Source: Candidatus Bathyarchaeota archaeon (GTDB lineage Archaea; Thermoproteota; Bathyarchaeia; Bathyarchaeales; Bathycorpusculaceae). From it: a stretch of DNA of 64,000 nt. Within the stretch, counting starts at the first letter, position 1; every line of letters starts with the position of its first letter. The translations under genes were made by a program, and so were the position numbers. The stretch lies in NCBI GenBank assembly GCA_963782525.1, contig CAWAKC010000007.1, positions 160,001-224,000 on the forward strand. Direction: 5' to 3'. The notes beneath the pieces were generated by a model. That model had not been told where the DNA came from. It saw only the letters and a list, made by a program, of their open reading frames with translations, and did not search any database. Of the stretch, positions 10,539-18,871 are shown piece by piece.

Positions 10539-11291
10539 ATGAAAGTCAGCATACTTCACATGGAAATCCGCACCACCTTAGAAGGCAACCTAACTGCTTC
10601 AAAAACCGCCGTCGTCAAAGCTGCAAAACAAAACCCAGCCATAATCGCCCTCCCTGAATATTTCACAGTCCCCAACTGCATGGCAGACTTCATCAACGCA
10701 AAAAAAATATCAGAGGAAACATGCGCCAAAACGCTGGATTTTCTTCAGAAAATTTCCCAAAAAATCGACGGCGTATACCTACTCGGGGGAACAGTATTGG
10801 AAGAAGACGGCGGCAAATACTACAACACCAGCACACTCTGGAGAAACGGCAAATTACTGGCAAAATACAAGAAAATCAGTCCCATAAGAGCTGAGCTGGA
10901 GGCAGGCGTCGCCAAAGGCTCAACACCAATTGTTATAGACACAGAATTTGGCAAGCTTGGAATGATTGTTTGCGCAGACACCTTTAACCCCGAAGTCGTC
11001 ACCAAAGTTGCAGCTTTGGGCGCAGAAATCGTCTCGTTGCCCGTGGCTGCCATGGGAACCCACCCAACAGTTCAAGGCCACCCCCTAACAGTCGGCATTG
11101 CCCGTAACTTTGGTTTCTACATTCTTAAAGTCGGCAATGTATGTTCAAACATGAGGGGAGGTCGAAGCGCAATCATTGCACCATGGGGCGTCATAGGCGA
11201 AGTTACAGACTCACAAGAAGACTCCATCTTAAGCGCAGATTTAGACATGCAAGTGCTAAGAGACTACCGAGCACAACTCAGTAAATCTTAG
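10539..11291 (+). CDS. carbon-nitrogen hydrolase (nitrilase superfamily)
   Basis: LPEY, YKK, IVCAD = E-K-C triad; GRSAIIAPWG. Confidence 0.9.
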   Translation: MKVSILHMEIRTTLEGNLTASKTAVVKAAKQNPAIIALPEYFTVPNCMADFINAKKISEETCAKTLDFLQKISQKIDGVYLLGGTVLEEDGGKYYNTSTLWRNGKLLAKYKKISPIRAELEAGVAKGSTPIVIDTEFGKLGMIVCADTFNPEVVTKVAALGAEIVSLPVAAMGTHPTVQGHPLTVGIARNFGFYILKVGNVCSNMRGGRSAIIAPWGVIGEVTDSQEDSILSADLDMQVLRDYRAQLSKS

Positions 11292-12168
11292 CCCAACCGT
11301 CAACGATTCGGCTCATTTCCTTAAACTTATATTCTTCGAGCCATTGTCGGAAGTCATTGTTTTGGACAGCAAACCTTGCTACTTGCCGCGCGTTCTCTGA
11401 ATTGTGCACGAGCAGAAGTACCGCGTCGATTTTGTGTCGCGAAATGTAGGCTACGGTTTTTAGTAAGGCGTCGAGTTTTTCGCCGGTGGGCATTTCAGCG
11501 CTGAGTTCCACCACGACGGGTTTTTTTAGGGTAGCAACGAAGTCGCGAACGATGGTGTCAACCCAGTAGTTAGTAAAATAATCCCGAGATGAAAGGGGAA
11601 CATGGAAATAATCGACCAATTCGGCTATTGCTTTGAAATCTATCCCAAACCGTTCTTTAGCCAACACGGGGTCGGGGAACATTTCAATCGCGAAGGTTCC
11701 TTTTGTGTGGGTTTTGGCTTCTTTGAGGAAAGTGGTTATGATTTGAGCGCGCCACTTCGTCCTGTTTAAGCCGCTCGCTTTTCTCTGTGTGGTGCACCTT
11801 GGACAGATGCAGTAGTCTTGGTCAGGGAAATGGTAGAGGTTGAGGGTGACACCGGTTATGTTTTGACTTGATATGCCGTCGAGGTATTCGAAGACTTTAG
11901 CACGGTAACCTGGGTGGGTTGGGCAAACAAAGTCGAAAGCTAAATTAGATGTTCTGTTCCGCCTAAGCGCAGGTCCGCCTTTTGAGAGGGCAACAATGCT
12001 TGGGTCTTCACGGATAGCTTTAGCATCACAAAAAACCGTAACATCGTTCTGCATACCCACAGCCGCTGGAAAAACTTGTCCGTCAACCCATTTTGAGAAG
12101 AAAACATGCGGGTCAAAGCCCTCGACTTTTTCCGGGGTATATGTGACTAAGCCTATATTCATGCCCAA
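11278..12168 (-). CDS. uncharacterised glycoside-hydrolase-like TIM-barrel protein with C...CxCxxC motif
   Basis: FVCPTHP, YCICPRC, WRAQIITTF, PDP..AKERFGIDF; paralog of 13570-14472. Confidence 0.7.
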   Translation of the reverse strand: MGMNIGLVTYTPEKVEGFDPHVFFSKWVDGQVFPAAVGMQNDVTVFCDAKAIREDPSIVALSKGGPALRRNRTSNLAFDFVCPTHPGYRAKVFEYLDGISSQNITGVTLNLYHFPDQDYCICPRCTTQRKASGLNRTKWRAQIITTFLKEAKTHTKGTFAIEMFPDPVLAKERFGIDFKAIAELVDYFHVPLSSRDYFTNYWVDTIVRDFVATLKKPVVVELSAEMPTGEKLDALLKTVAYISRHKIDAVLLLVHNSENARQVARFAVQNNDFRQWLEEYKFKEMSRIVDGWAKIY

Positions 12169-12220
12169 TCCTCGCTCGCAACAAATATATTATTGGCGCT
12201 TATTTAATTGTTGATTCAAA

Positions 12221-12439
12221 ATGGACAAGCATAAAACACCAATCACAATTGATGCAACTAAATGTCCACCCTGCGCGGGGCAAGTTTGTATCGGTGTTTG
12301 TCCACAAGGCGCCTTAGAAGAGGGAAAAAACAGAAAACCCCAAGTTATCGCAGTTGTCCAATGTACAAAATGTGGCGTATGCGTTAATCTGTGTCCAAAC
12401 AAAGCCATCACCTTAAATGTTAGCAACCCCAAAAAATAA
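12221..12439 (+). CDS. 4Fe-4S dicluster ferredoxin
   Basis: CPPCAGQVCIGVCP and CTKCGVCVNLCP; stop overlaps cbiZ start. Confidence 0.88.
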   Translation: MDKHKTPITIDATKCPPCAGQVCIGVCPQGALEEGKNRKPQVIAVVQCTKCGVCVNLCPNKAITLNVSNPKK

Positions 12440-13494
12440 TGTGGGGACTAGCGGGTTTGGAACAAATCGACCTTGCGGATAATGTTAGATTGATTATTAA
12501 AGATAATGTACTAGCCGTTTTTTGTGATAGCGCTTTAAAAACAGTTAGCTCTGCAATATACAATGGTGGGCACAATCAGGTTAAAGCTGTCCTCAATGTA
12601 GGAGTGCCAGAAGGATACAGTGACCTCTCCTTGCACCTTGACCCGCTTGAACTAATCACTTCATCGGCGGCGAAGGTTGGATTAACCAAAGACTACCTCG
12701 CCATGGTTACCGCCGCTAAAATAAAAAATTACAGCTTAGTGACAAAGAAAACACTTGAGTTCTCCGTAAGCGTCGCCGCCACAGCAGGGTGCTCACACGG
12801 CGAATCCTCAGGCGAAGAAATGGAGGTTCAGGAAATCGCAAAAACAGGAACCATAAACATCATTGTCCTGATTGATGGGAACCCAACGGAAAGTTGCATG
12901 GTCGCCGCCTTAATCACCGCAACTGAAGCGAAGTCCGCTGTTATGAGGGATTTTGATGTTCGGAGCCGTTACACTGGCGACTCAGCCACGGGTTCTATAA
13001 CTGACAGTGTCACTGTAGCGTCACCTTGCAGGGGCAAAACGTTGAGTTTAGCTGGTCCAGCCTCGAAACTGGGCAAAATGATTGGGTCTTGCGCTAGGCA
13101 TGCAGTTACGGAAGCTCTACTTAAGCAGGAGCCAGTTTGGGGTTGCCGAAGCGTGTTAGACAGGCTTAAAGAGAGACATCTTGGTGTGGAGAAGTTGGCG
13201 GTTGAAGTATCCAAAGTTGAAGGTTTGGAAATTAATGCGGCCGAGTTAACTGAACTTTTAAAAAACAATCCTATTGCAACATCTTATCTTTTGGGTGCGG
13301 CAAAGATGGATGACGATTACAAGAAGAACCTGTTGCCAACCGACTTTAAAGATTTTACAGAAATAAGTAGGTGTTTTGGCACCTTTGCCTCTTCAGAAAA
13401 CGACTGCTCAAAGCTTCCAAATTACGATTCAATCGACTTGCCGCCCTTCCTAAAGCAGGCGTTAATCAAAATTGTAAAAAAAACGCGGGCATAA
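12439..13494 (+). CDS. cbiZ: adenosylcobinamide amidohydrolase
   Basis: SSAIYNGG, MVTAA, ATAG, GTINII, TATEAK, ATGSITD pattern. Confidence 0.85.
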   Translation: MWGLAGLEQIDLADNVRLIIKDNVLAVFCDSALKTVSSAIYNGGHNQVKAVLNVGVPEGYSDLSLHLDPLELITSSAAKVGLTKDYLAMVTAAKIKNYSLVTKKTLEFSVSVAATAGCSHGESSGEEMEVQEIAKTGTINIIVLIDGNPTESCMVAALITATEAKSAVMRDFDVRSRYTGDSATGSITDSVTVASPCRGKTLSLAGPASKLGKMIGSCARHAVTEALLKQEPVWGCRSVLDRLKERHLGVEKLAVEVSKVEGLEINAAELTELLKNNPIATSYLLGAAKMDDDYKKNLLPTDFKDFTEISRCFGTFASSENDCSKLPNYDSIDLPPFLKQALIKIVKKTRA

Positions 13495-13569
13495 CATCTA
13501 CCGAAAAGACTTAAATAACTTGCACTTTTATTTCGTAAATAAAAACAACATTACAATGGTGAATTAAAC

Positions 13570-14472
13570 TTGAAATTTGGCGTATTTCTCTATCAACCCG
13601 AGCCTGTTGAAGGCGTCGATTACAATTTCTACCGTCAAAAATCAGAATCTGGAATCGTCGGAAAAGTAAACCCAAAGATGTACACTAACATCGCAGTTTT
13701 CGGCGACAACAACATGGCCGCAAAACGGCCAGATTGGGTGTCTGTAAGCTCATTTGGTCCAGCACTCAGAACAAACAAACGCTACAATCTCCGCTGGGAC
13801 GTCGTATGCATGACTAACCCAGAAGCCAAAGAATATAACTTAAAAATCATCGCCGAAACCGCCAAAGTTTCCCCAGGCATCAGCATCAGCAGTCAACACT
13901 TTGCAGATCAAGGTTTCTGCACGTGCCCAAGATGCATTGAACAACAAAGCAAAAGCGGCTTAGGCTGGGTGGAATGGCGAGCAAAAGTAGTAACCGATTT
14001 CCTTGCTGAAGTTAAAGAAATTGTCAGCGGAAAACCGCTCTTTGTCAACCTCCTTCCAGACCCATTGTTGGGCAAGGTACGTTTCGGCTATGACTTTGAA
14101 GCTTTAGCACAATATGCTGACTACTTCGTCATTCCAATGTTCAGCAAGGCATACCCGACCCCCTGGTACTGGGAAACCATCGCACGCGGTTTCAAAAGCC
14201 AACTAAAGAAACCAATGTTCGTTAATTTCTATGTCCGTGGCCCAAACGAAACTTGGGACACTGTTGCAACAACAAAGCAAATCATGACTGTTGCAACCCG
14301 TGTTGCAAGACAAGGAGTAGACGGCATTATTTTCCTTGCTGAGAAAGCCGAATACATCCAAAAGTTCCAAAAAGAAGCTGCAGCCGACAAAGAAACACGT
14401 GAGTTCCTCAAAGACCACAACGGCGACGACGTGTTGGAACTTTTCAGCCGATGGGAAAAACTATACAAATAG
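13570..14472 (+). CDS. uncharacterised glycoside-hydrolase-like TIM-barrel protein with C...CxCxxC motif
   Basis: VVCMTNP, FCTCPRC, WRAKVVTDF, PDP..GKVRFGYDF; paralog of 11278-12168. Confidence 0.75.
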   Translation: MKFGVFLYQPEPVEGVDYNFYRQKSESGIVGKVNPKMYTNIAVFGDNNMAAKRPDWVSVSSFGPALRTNKRYNLRWDVVCMTNPEAKEYNLKIIAETAKVSPGISISSQHFADQGFCTCPRCIEQQSKSGLGWVEWRAKVVTDFLAEVKEIVSGKPLFVNLLPDPLLGKVRFGYDFEALAQYADYFVIPMFSKAYPTPWYWETIARGFKSQLKKPMFVNFYVRGPNETWDTVATTKQIMTVATRVARQGVDGIIFLAEKAEYIQKFQKEAAADKETREFLKDHNGDDVLELFSRWEKLYK

Positions 14473-14607
14473 TTTCCCTTTATTCTTTTTAATTTTATTT
14501 TGTTTGATACATTTAAGTTAAGGTTACGCCATTTTCTTTGTTGTTCCACAATTTCAACAAGCCATTTTTCAAAATACTGACTTGCTATGGAACGTGAAGG
14601 TTAAAGT

Positions 14608-14850
14608 ATGAAGACAATTAAGGGTTGGAAACGGCTCAGCCACGATTGCGGATACCAAAACGATACTTCAGGGCAAATTGTGATTGTTGTGCAGAAAGAA
14701 TTCAGCCGAAACTTTCATGTGCGGTTGTTCGAGTCGGGACAATCCGAAAAAGAAGATGGCAAAACCATTTCGCCAGATTACGCTTCAAAAGCTAGAGCTG
14801 ACGCATTCGCTGAAGACTGGATGCAAAAACACCCAAAAGGGGCAGAATAA
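14608..14850 (+). CDS. small hypothetical protein
   Basis: Isolated 80-aa ORF with normal composition. Confidence 0.6.
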   Translation: MKTIKGWKRLSHDCGYQNDTSGQIVIVVQKEFSRNFHVRLFESGQSEKEDGKTISPDYASKARADAFAEDWMQKHPKGAE

Positions 14851-14884
14851 AAATTTAAGAAACTGCAAAATTAAATAGTTAAAA

Positions 14885-15046
14885 TTAGGTTTGTGCAGCC
14901 TTAAGTTGTGCATCGATTTTTCTTTGACGTTTTTGTAGAACTTTGCGTTTGTTTGCTTTTGGATTTGGTTTTACTCGGTAAACTTTTCCGTGAGTATTCT
15001 GGTAGTACTTAGTTCCTTTGGACTTTAGTTTAGTTTTTTTCTTCAA
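14885..15046 (-). CDS. unannotated 53-aa highly basic protein
   Basis: TTG start preceded by AAGGAGG; MKKKTKLKSKGTKYYQNTHGKVYRVKPNPKANKRKVLQKRQRKIDAQLKAAQT. Confidence 0.6.
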   Translation of the reverse strand: MKKKTKLKSKGTKYYQNTHGKVYRVKPNPKANKRKVLQKRQRKIDAQLKAAQT

Positions 15047-15276
15047 GCGTATAGTCCCTCCTTGGCTCTTTAACTGGGAATTGTGCTATACAATACACCG
15101 TAACTATTTGAGCATGCCTATGAAATTTCGGGCATCAAGAAGCTAAAGCTTTGTTTAATTATATCGTTTTACCCGATAAAACGTCATTGGTTTATAAGCA
15201 TGGTAGAACCTATATTTGATGAGCTTGTAAAGACTCGATTTTTTGCAAGAACAATATGTGAGAAGGCAAACGTTAA

Positions 15277-15411
15277 ATGTATACTTACGAGAAATTAGTT
15301 CAAGAAAAATTTAAATGCAGAATATGCTCCTCAAGTTTTCAAACTCCAGACGAACTAAGAGACCACCGGATGAATGCACACAAAACACACATGCTCACTT
15401 ATAGGCGTTAA
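15277..15411 (+). CDS. unannotated single C2H2 zinc-finger microprotein (44 aa)
   Basis: MYTYEKLVQEKFKCRICSSSFQTPDELRDHRMNAHKTHMLTYRR fits F-x-C-x2-C-x3-F-x5-L-x2-H-x4-H. Confidence 0.7.
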   Translation: MYTYEKLVQEKFKCRICSSSFQTPDELRDHRMNAHKTHMLTYRR

Positions 15412-15612
15412 AACCACTATGAAGCCGGCAGAGAATCATCCCTCTGTCAAAGAATCCAATAATCTGAACTTTTGCCCTTCTGTTTTTTGGAGTTCACAGA
15501 ATATTTTTTTAACCTTTCTGCATTATCCGTAGATTTTTCACTTTATTGTTTTATCTAGAAAACTATATAATCCAACAAAACGTACTCCACTCACTAAAAG
15601 GGCGAAACACCA

Positions 15613-16995
15613 TTGAAAATTACTCTTATCAACCCACCATATCCGCCAAGCGTACATTCACACCCACCCTTTATCCCCTTAGGTCTTGGATATTTAGGCG
15701 CTGTTGCCGAAAAAGCAGGCCACCAAGTAACCATCATCGACTGTCAAGCTGAAAAACTAAATTATGAAACTTTCACCGCGCGCATCAGCCAAACGTCCTC
15801 TGATGTAATCGGTGTAACAGCGACCACTTTGCTTTACAAGTCGGCCATGAAGCTAATCATCATAGCTAAACAGGCTCAGCCACAGGCAGTAACGATGCTC
15901 GGTGGGTCGCATGGAACTTTCTGGGATGAAAACGCCCTTAATGAATACCCAAGCTTGGACATTGTTGTTCGAAGAGAAGGCGAACGAACCTTCATTGAAC
16001 TACTCGAAAAACTTCAAGCCCAAGCCAGCCTCGCCAATGTACTGGGCGTCACATACCGAAATGGAGATAAAATCGCCCGCAACCCAGATCGACCATTCAT
16101 AGAAAACTTAGATTCCATTCCGTTCCCCGCTCACCACTTGATGCCGCTGGAAAGCCTCAAGCGGGACGGCAAAATCCTCTTCCCCCTAATCAGCAGCCGC
16201 GGATGCGTGTTTTGGTGTGACTTCTGCAGCACTGTTCGTATGTTCGGCAGAGGTTACCGTTGGCGAAGCCCAAAAAACGTCGTCGACGAAATGCAGTTGA
16301 TACACGACAAATACGGCGTCAAACAAGTAACGTTCTACGATGACGCCTTTACCGTTGACCGCAACCGAGTCATACAAATCTGTGATGAACTACACGCAAG
16401 AAAGCTGGATATGATGTGGGATTGCGGCACCCGAGTCGACATGGTTGACCGCGAACTATTGACAACCATGCGTTCTGCAGGTTGTTTCGCGGTTTGGTTG
16501 GGTGTAGAGTCTGGTTCTGAAGCCATACTCGGCGCCATGAATAAGAGCATAAAGCTGGACCAGACAAGAAAAGCATACAAAACCGCTCACGAAGTTGGCT
16601 TGATGACGATTGCAAACGTTGTTTTAGGATTTCCAGGAGAAACAGATAAGACCGCAAAAGAAACAATCCGCTTTGTGAAGGAACTAAACCCCGACGATGT
16701 AGGTTTTTACGTAGCTACACCTTACCCAGGAACGCCCATGTACGAGGAAGTCAAGAAAAACGGTTGGCTACGCGTAACAGACTTTGACAAGTACGACACG
16801 GCTGGTCCCACCTTTGAAACACCATCCCTGAGCATGGAGGCGCTGGCTAAACTTCGCTACAAGGCATACCAAGATTTTTACTTGCGCCCAAGCTACGTGT
16901 TTAGAATGATGCGGAAAGGCGGAACCTACGGAAGAGCAGCTGTTAAAACTTCAGGAGCTTACTTGCTCAGGTACTTCCACATTAAGCTGTCTTAA
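15613..16995 (+). CDS. cobalamin-dependent (class B) radical SAM protein
   Basis: PLGLGYL B12-binding domain, SRGCVFWCDFC, FYDDAF, GVESGS, TPYPGT. Confidence 0.92.
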   Translation: MKITLINPPYPPSVHSHPPFIPLGLGYLGAVAEKAGHQVTIIDCQAEKLNYETFTARISQTSSDVIGVTATTLLYKSAMKLIIIAKQAQPQAVTMLGGSHGTFWDENALNEYPSLDIVVRREGERTFIELLEKLQAQASLANVLGVTYRNGDKIARNPDRPFIENLDSIPFPAHHLMPLESLKRDGKILFPLISSRGCVFWCDFCSTVRMFGRGYRWRSPKNVVDEMQLIHDKYGVKQVTFYDDAFTVDRNRVIQICDELHARKLDMMWDCGTRVDMVDRELLTTMRSAGCFAVWLGVESGSEAILGAMNKSIKLDQTRKAYKTAHEVGLMTIANVVLGFPGETDKTAKETIRFVKELNPDDVGFYVATPYPGTPMYEEVKKNGWLRVTDFDKYDTAGPTFETPSLSMEALAKLRYKAYQDFYLRPSYVFRMMRKGGTYGRAAVKTSGAYLLRYFHIKLS

Positions 16996-17361
16996 TTCCC
17001 TACTTTTCCTAACTAACGCAATTACAGCAAGAACTAACACTAATGTACAGAGCGAAACAGTAATAGGCCCAAAATCGAACCCGATCGACGTTAAACCCAA
17101 AAACAAACCCACCAAACCAGTTAAACCAAAGCTTAGTGCAACAGACAAAACTAGTTGCTCAACGAAGTCTACCTTGTTTTTGCCCAAGAACAAAACGTTC
17201 ACGAGACAGTAGCCAGGTAAAAAGGCTATAAAAACAAAACTCAATACATATCTTGGAATTAAGACTACAGAAAAATCTGGACTGCCAGGAATAAGATAAG
17301 TTACCAGTAACGTTAATGCCGTGAATCCAACGATAATTTCAAACCATCTGAGCGGTTTCAG
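16951..17361 (-). CDS. DUF1616-like membrane protein
   Basis: FLPGY...EQLVLSVALS motif; frame stays open upstream of track start 17244 to a CTG at 17361 (MKPLRWFEIIVGF...). Confidence 0.7.
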   Translation of the reverse strand: MKPLRWFEIIVGFTALTLLVTYLIPGSPDFSVVLIPRYVLSFVFIAFLPGYCLVNVLFLGKNKVDFVEQLVLSVALSFGLTGLVGLFLGLTSIGFDFGPITVSLCTLVLVLAVIALVRKSRELRQLNVEVPEQVSS

Positions 17362-17406
17362 ATTTTAGCCTTCAAAAATTTAAAAAAATAAAAAGGGAAA
17401 GAATGT

Positions 17407-18318
17407 TTACATGAACATCTTGTAGATTGGATGAGACTCTTCGAGGGGCCTTGTTCCGAGATCGCCTGCTGCTGAAGCAATATATGTATCTGTGACTGCA
17501 ACTGCTGGGAATACCCATTCAGCTTGTTCTGCCGGGCCAATCATAAGCCAGTTTGCGCCTGCCATTTGCATGATTGAGTTTGTTGCGGTTCTGCATCCTG
17601 GACGGAATTCTTTAGCGACGTTTGCTTTAACCCATCCCATGGTTGTGACAACGTTTCCGCTGCCTAAACCGACTGGGTGACCATACTTCTCTTTCATGAT
17701 AGGTATAGTTCTAACGGCTGTGCCCATGTCTGGTTCGAATGCTGGGATGGCTGTGTCGATTAGTGGTTTTGTGATGCCACCTTTGTCTGCTAATGCGAGC
17801 GCTTCAACTATGACTTTCATTTTGCCTTCCATTGTGGTGTCTTTTGGATCATCAGCAAGCACTATGGACATTTTGATGCCACTGTCTTTGAGGTTTGCTA
17901 GTTCAGCATCGGTTACGCCTTTGTAAACTGAGTTGTAGAGACATCTGTCTGCGAGACCCATCTTTTTTGCTAAGGTTGCTGCTCCCATGCGGGTCTTTGG
18001 ACTCATTGCGTCAAGCATGAGTGGTGCATCAGTGTGTTTCGGTACGAAGTCAATGTATTTTTCGAATGCAGCTTCAGTTGTACCGACGATGTCAAGAGCA
18101 AATTTAACGCCTGTTATGTCGCTTTGGGTCTGGCATGTATTAATGATTTGTTCGGCTGCTTTAGCATCAAAAATTCCTTTGTTTGCATCGGTAACCATTT
18201 TTTGGCCTAGCCAAAAGATGGAGCCGATCAGGAAGGTTGGATTTTCTCCTGGTTGACCGCCTATTTTTGCTCCAGCGAGGTCATATACTTTTTGGGGGGT
18301 ATTGAACTTAAAGGACAT
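17407..18318 (-). CDS. mtrH: MtrH-family corrinoid:tetrahydromethanopterin methyltransferase (soluble MtgA/MtoA/MtxH-like)
   Basis: IGGQPGENPTFLIGSIF, YNSV, PLIDTA, GANWLMIGP; no other mtr subunits nearby. Confidence 0.85.
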   Translation of the reverse strand: MSFKFNTPQKVYDLAGAKIGGQPGENPTFLIGSIFWLGQKMVTDANKGIFDAKAAEQIINTCQTQSDITGVKFALDIVGTTEAAFEKYIDFVPKHTDAPLMLDAMSPKTRMGAATLAKKMGLADRCLYNSVYKGVTDAELANLKDSGIKMSIVLADDPKDTTMEGKMKVIVEALALADKGGITKPLIDTAIPAFEPDMGTAVRTIPIMKEKYGHPVGLGSGNVVTTMGWVKANVAKEFRPGCRTATNSIMQMAGANWLMIGPAEQAEWVFPAVAVTDTYIASAAGDLGTRPLEESHPIYKMFM

Positions 18319-18337
18319 TATTCCACATCAGATGGAT

Positions 18338-18763
18338 TTATTTCTTCAGTGCTTTCTTTGCTAGCTCTGGAGCCTCTTCTTTGTTCTTGCCGAAGAGTGC
18401 ACCGAGTGCATCAGCATCTTCTTTTTTGACTGCTGCGCCGCCCATGATTATGCCGACTTTGTCTTTGAGGCCTGCTGCTTTGAGTAATTCGTCGAGTTTT
18501 GCTAGGTTGTTCTTTGCGGGAACTGTGTTGACTGAGATTGCGATTAGGTTTGCATTGTTTTCTTTTACTTTGTCAATGAAGACTTGTGGTGCAACGCTTT
18601 TTCCAACATCAATGGTTTTGAATCCTGCGCGTTTTAGAGACCGCCTAACTGCTTCTTTTGCAGTGTCGTGCATGTCTGGTTCAATGTTTCCGATTACGAC
18701 AATACCGAGTGGATTTTCTGGTTCTGGAGGCTCTTTTTCCATCATAGATTTAAGCCAAGACAT
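18338..18763 (-). CDS. stand-alone cobalamin-binding (corrinoid) protein
   Basis: DMHDTAK (DxHxxG variant), IDVG, IIMGGA; lacks helical cap; 19 bp upstream of mtrH-like gene. Confidence 0.85.
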   Translation of the reverse strand: MSWLKSMMEKEPPEPENPLGIVVIGNIEPDMHDTAKEAVRRSLKRAGFKTIDVGKSVAPQVFIDKVKENNANLIAISVNTVPAKNNLAKLDELLKAAGLKDKVGIIMGGAAVKKEDADALGALFGKNKEEAPELAKKALKK

Positions 18764-18871
18764 TTAAACACCTTGTTTTCCTTTTTTATTACTCTGGGCT
18801 TTTTATACTCGAAATCCATATTTAACCTTTTACCAACAATTGTAAAGTAAGCTTATCAAGCAGGAAAGTAA

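Noticed and set aside
17407-18318. mtrH as evidence of methanogenesis or a membrane Mtr complex
   Set aside because: No mtrA-G or mcr genes are here; pairing with a corrinoid protein fits a soluble methyltransferase.
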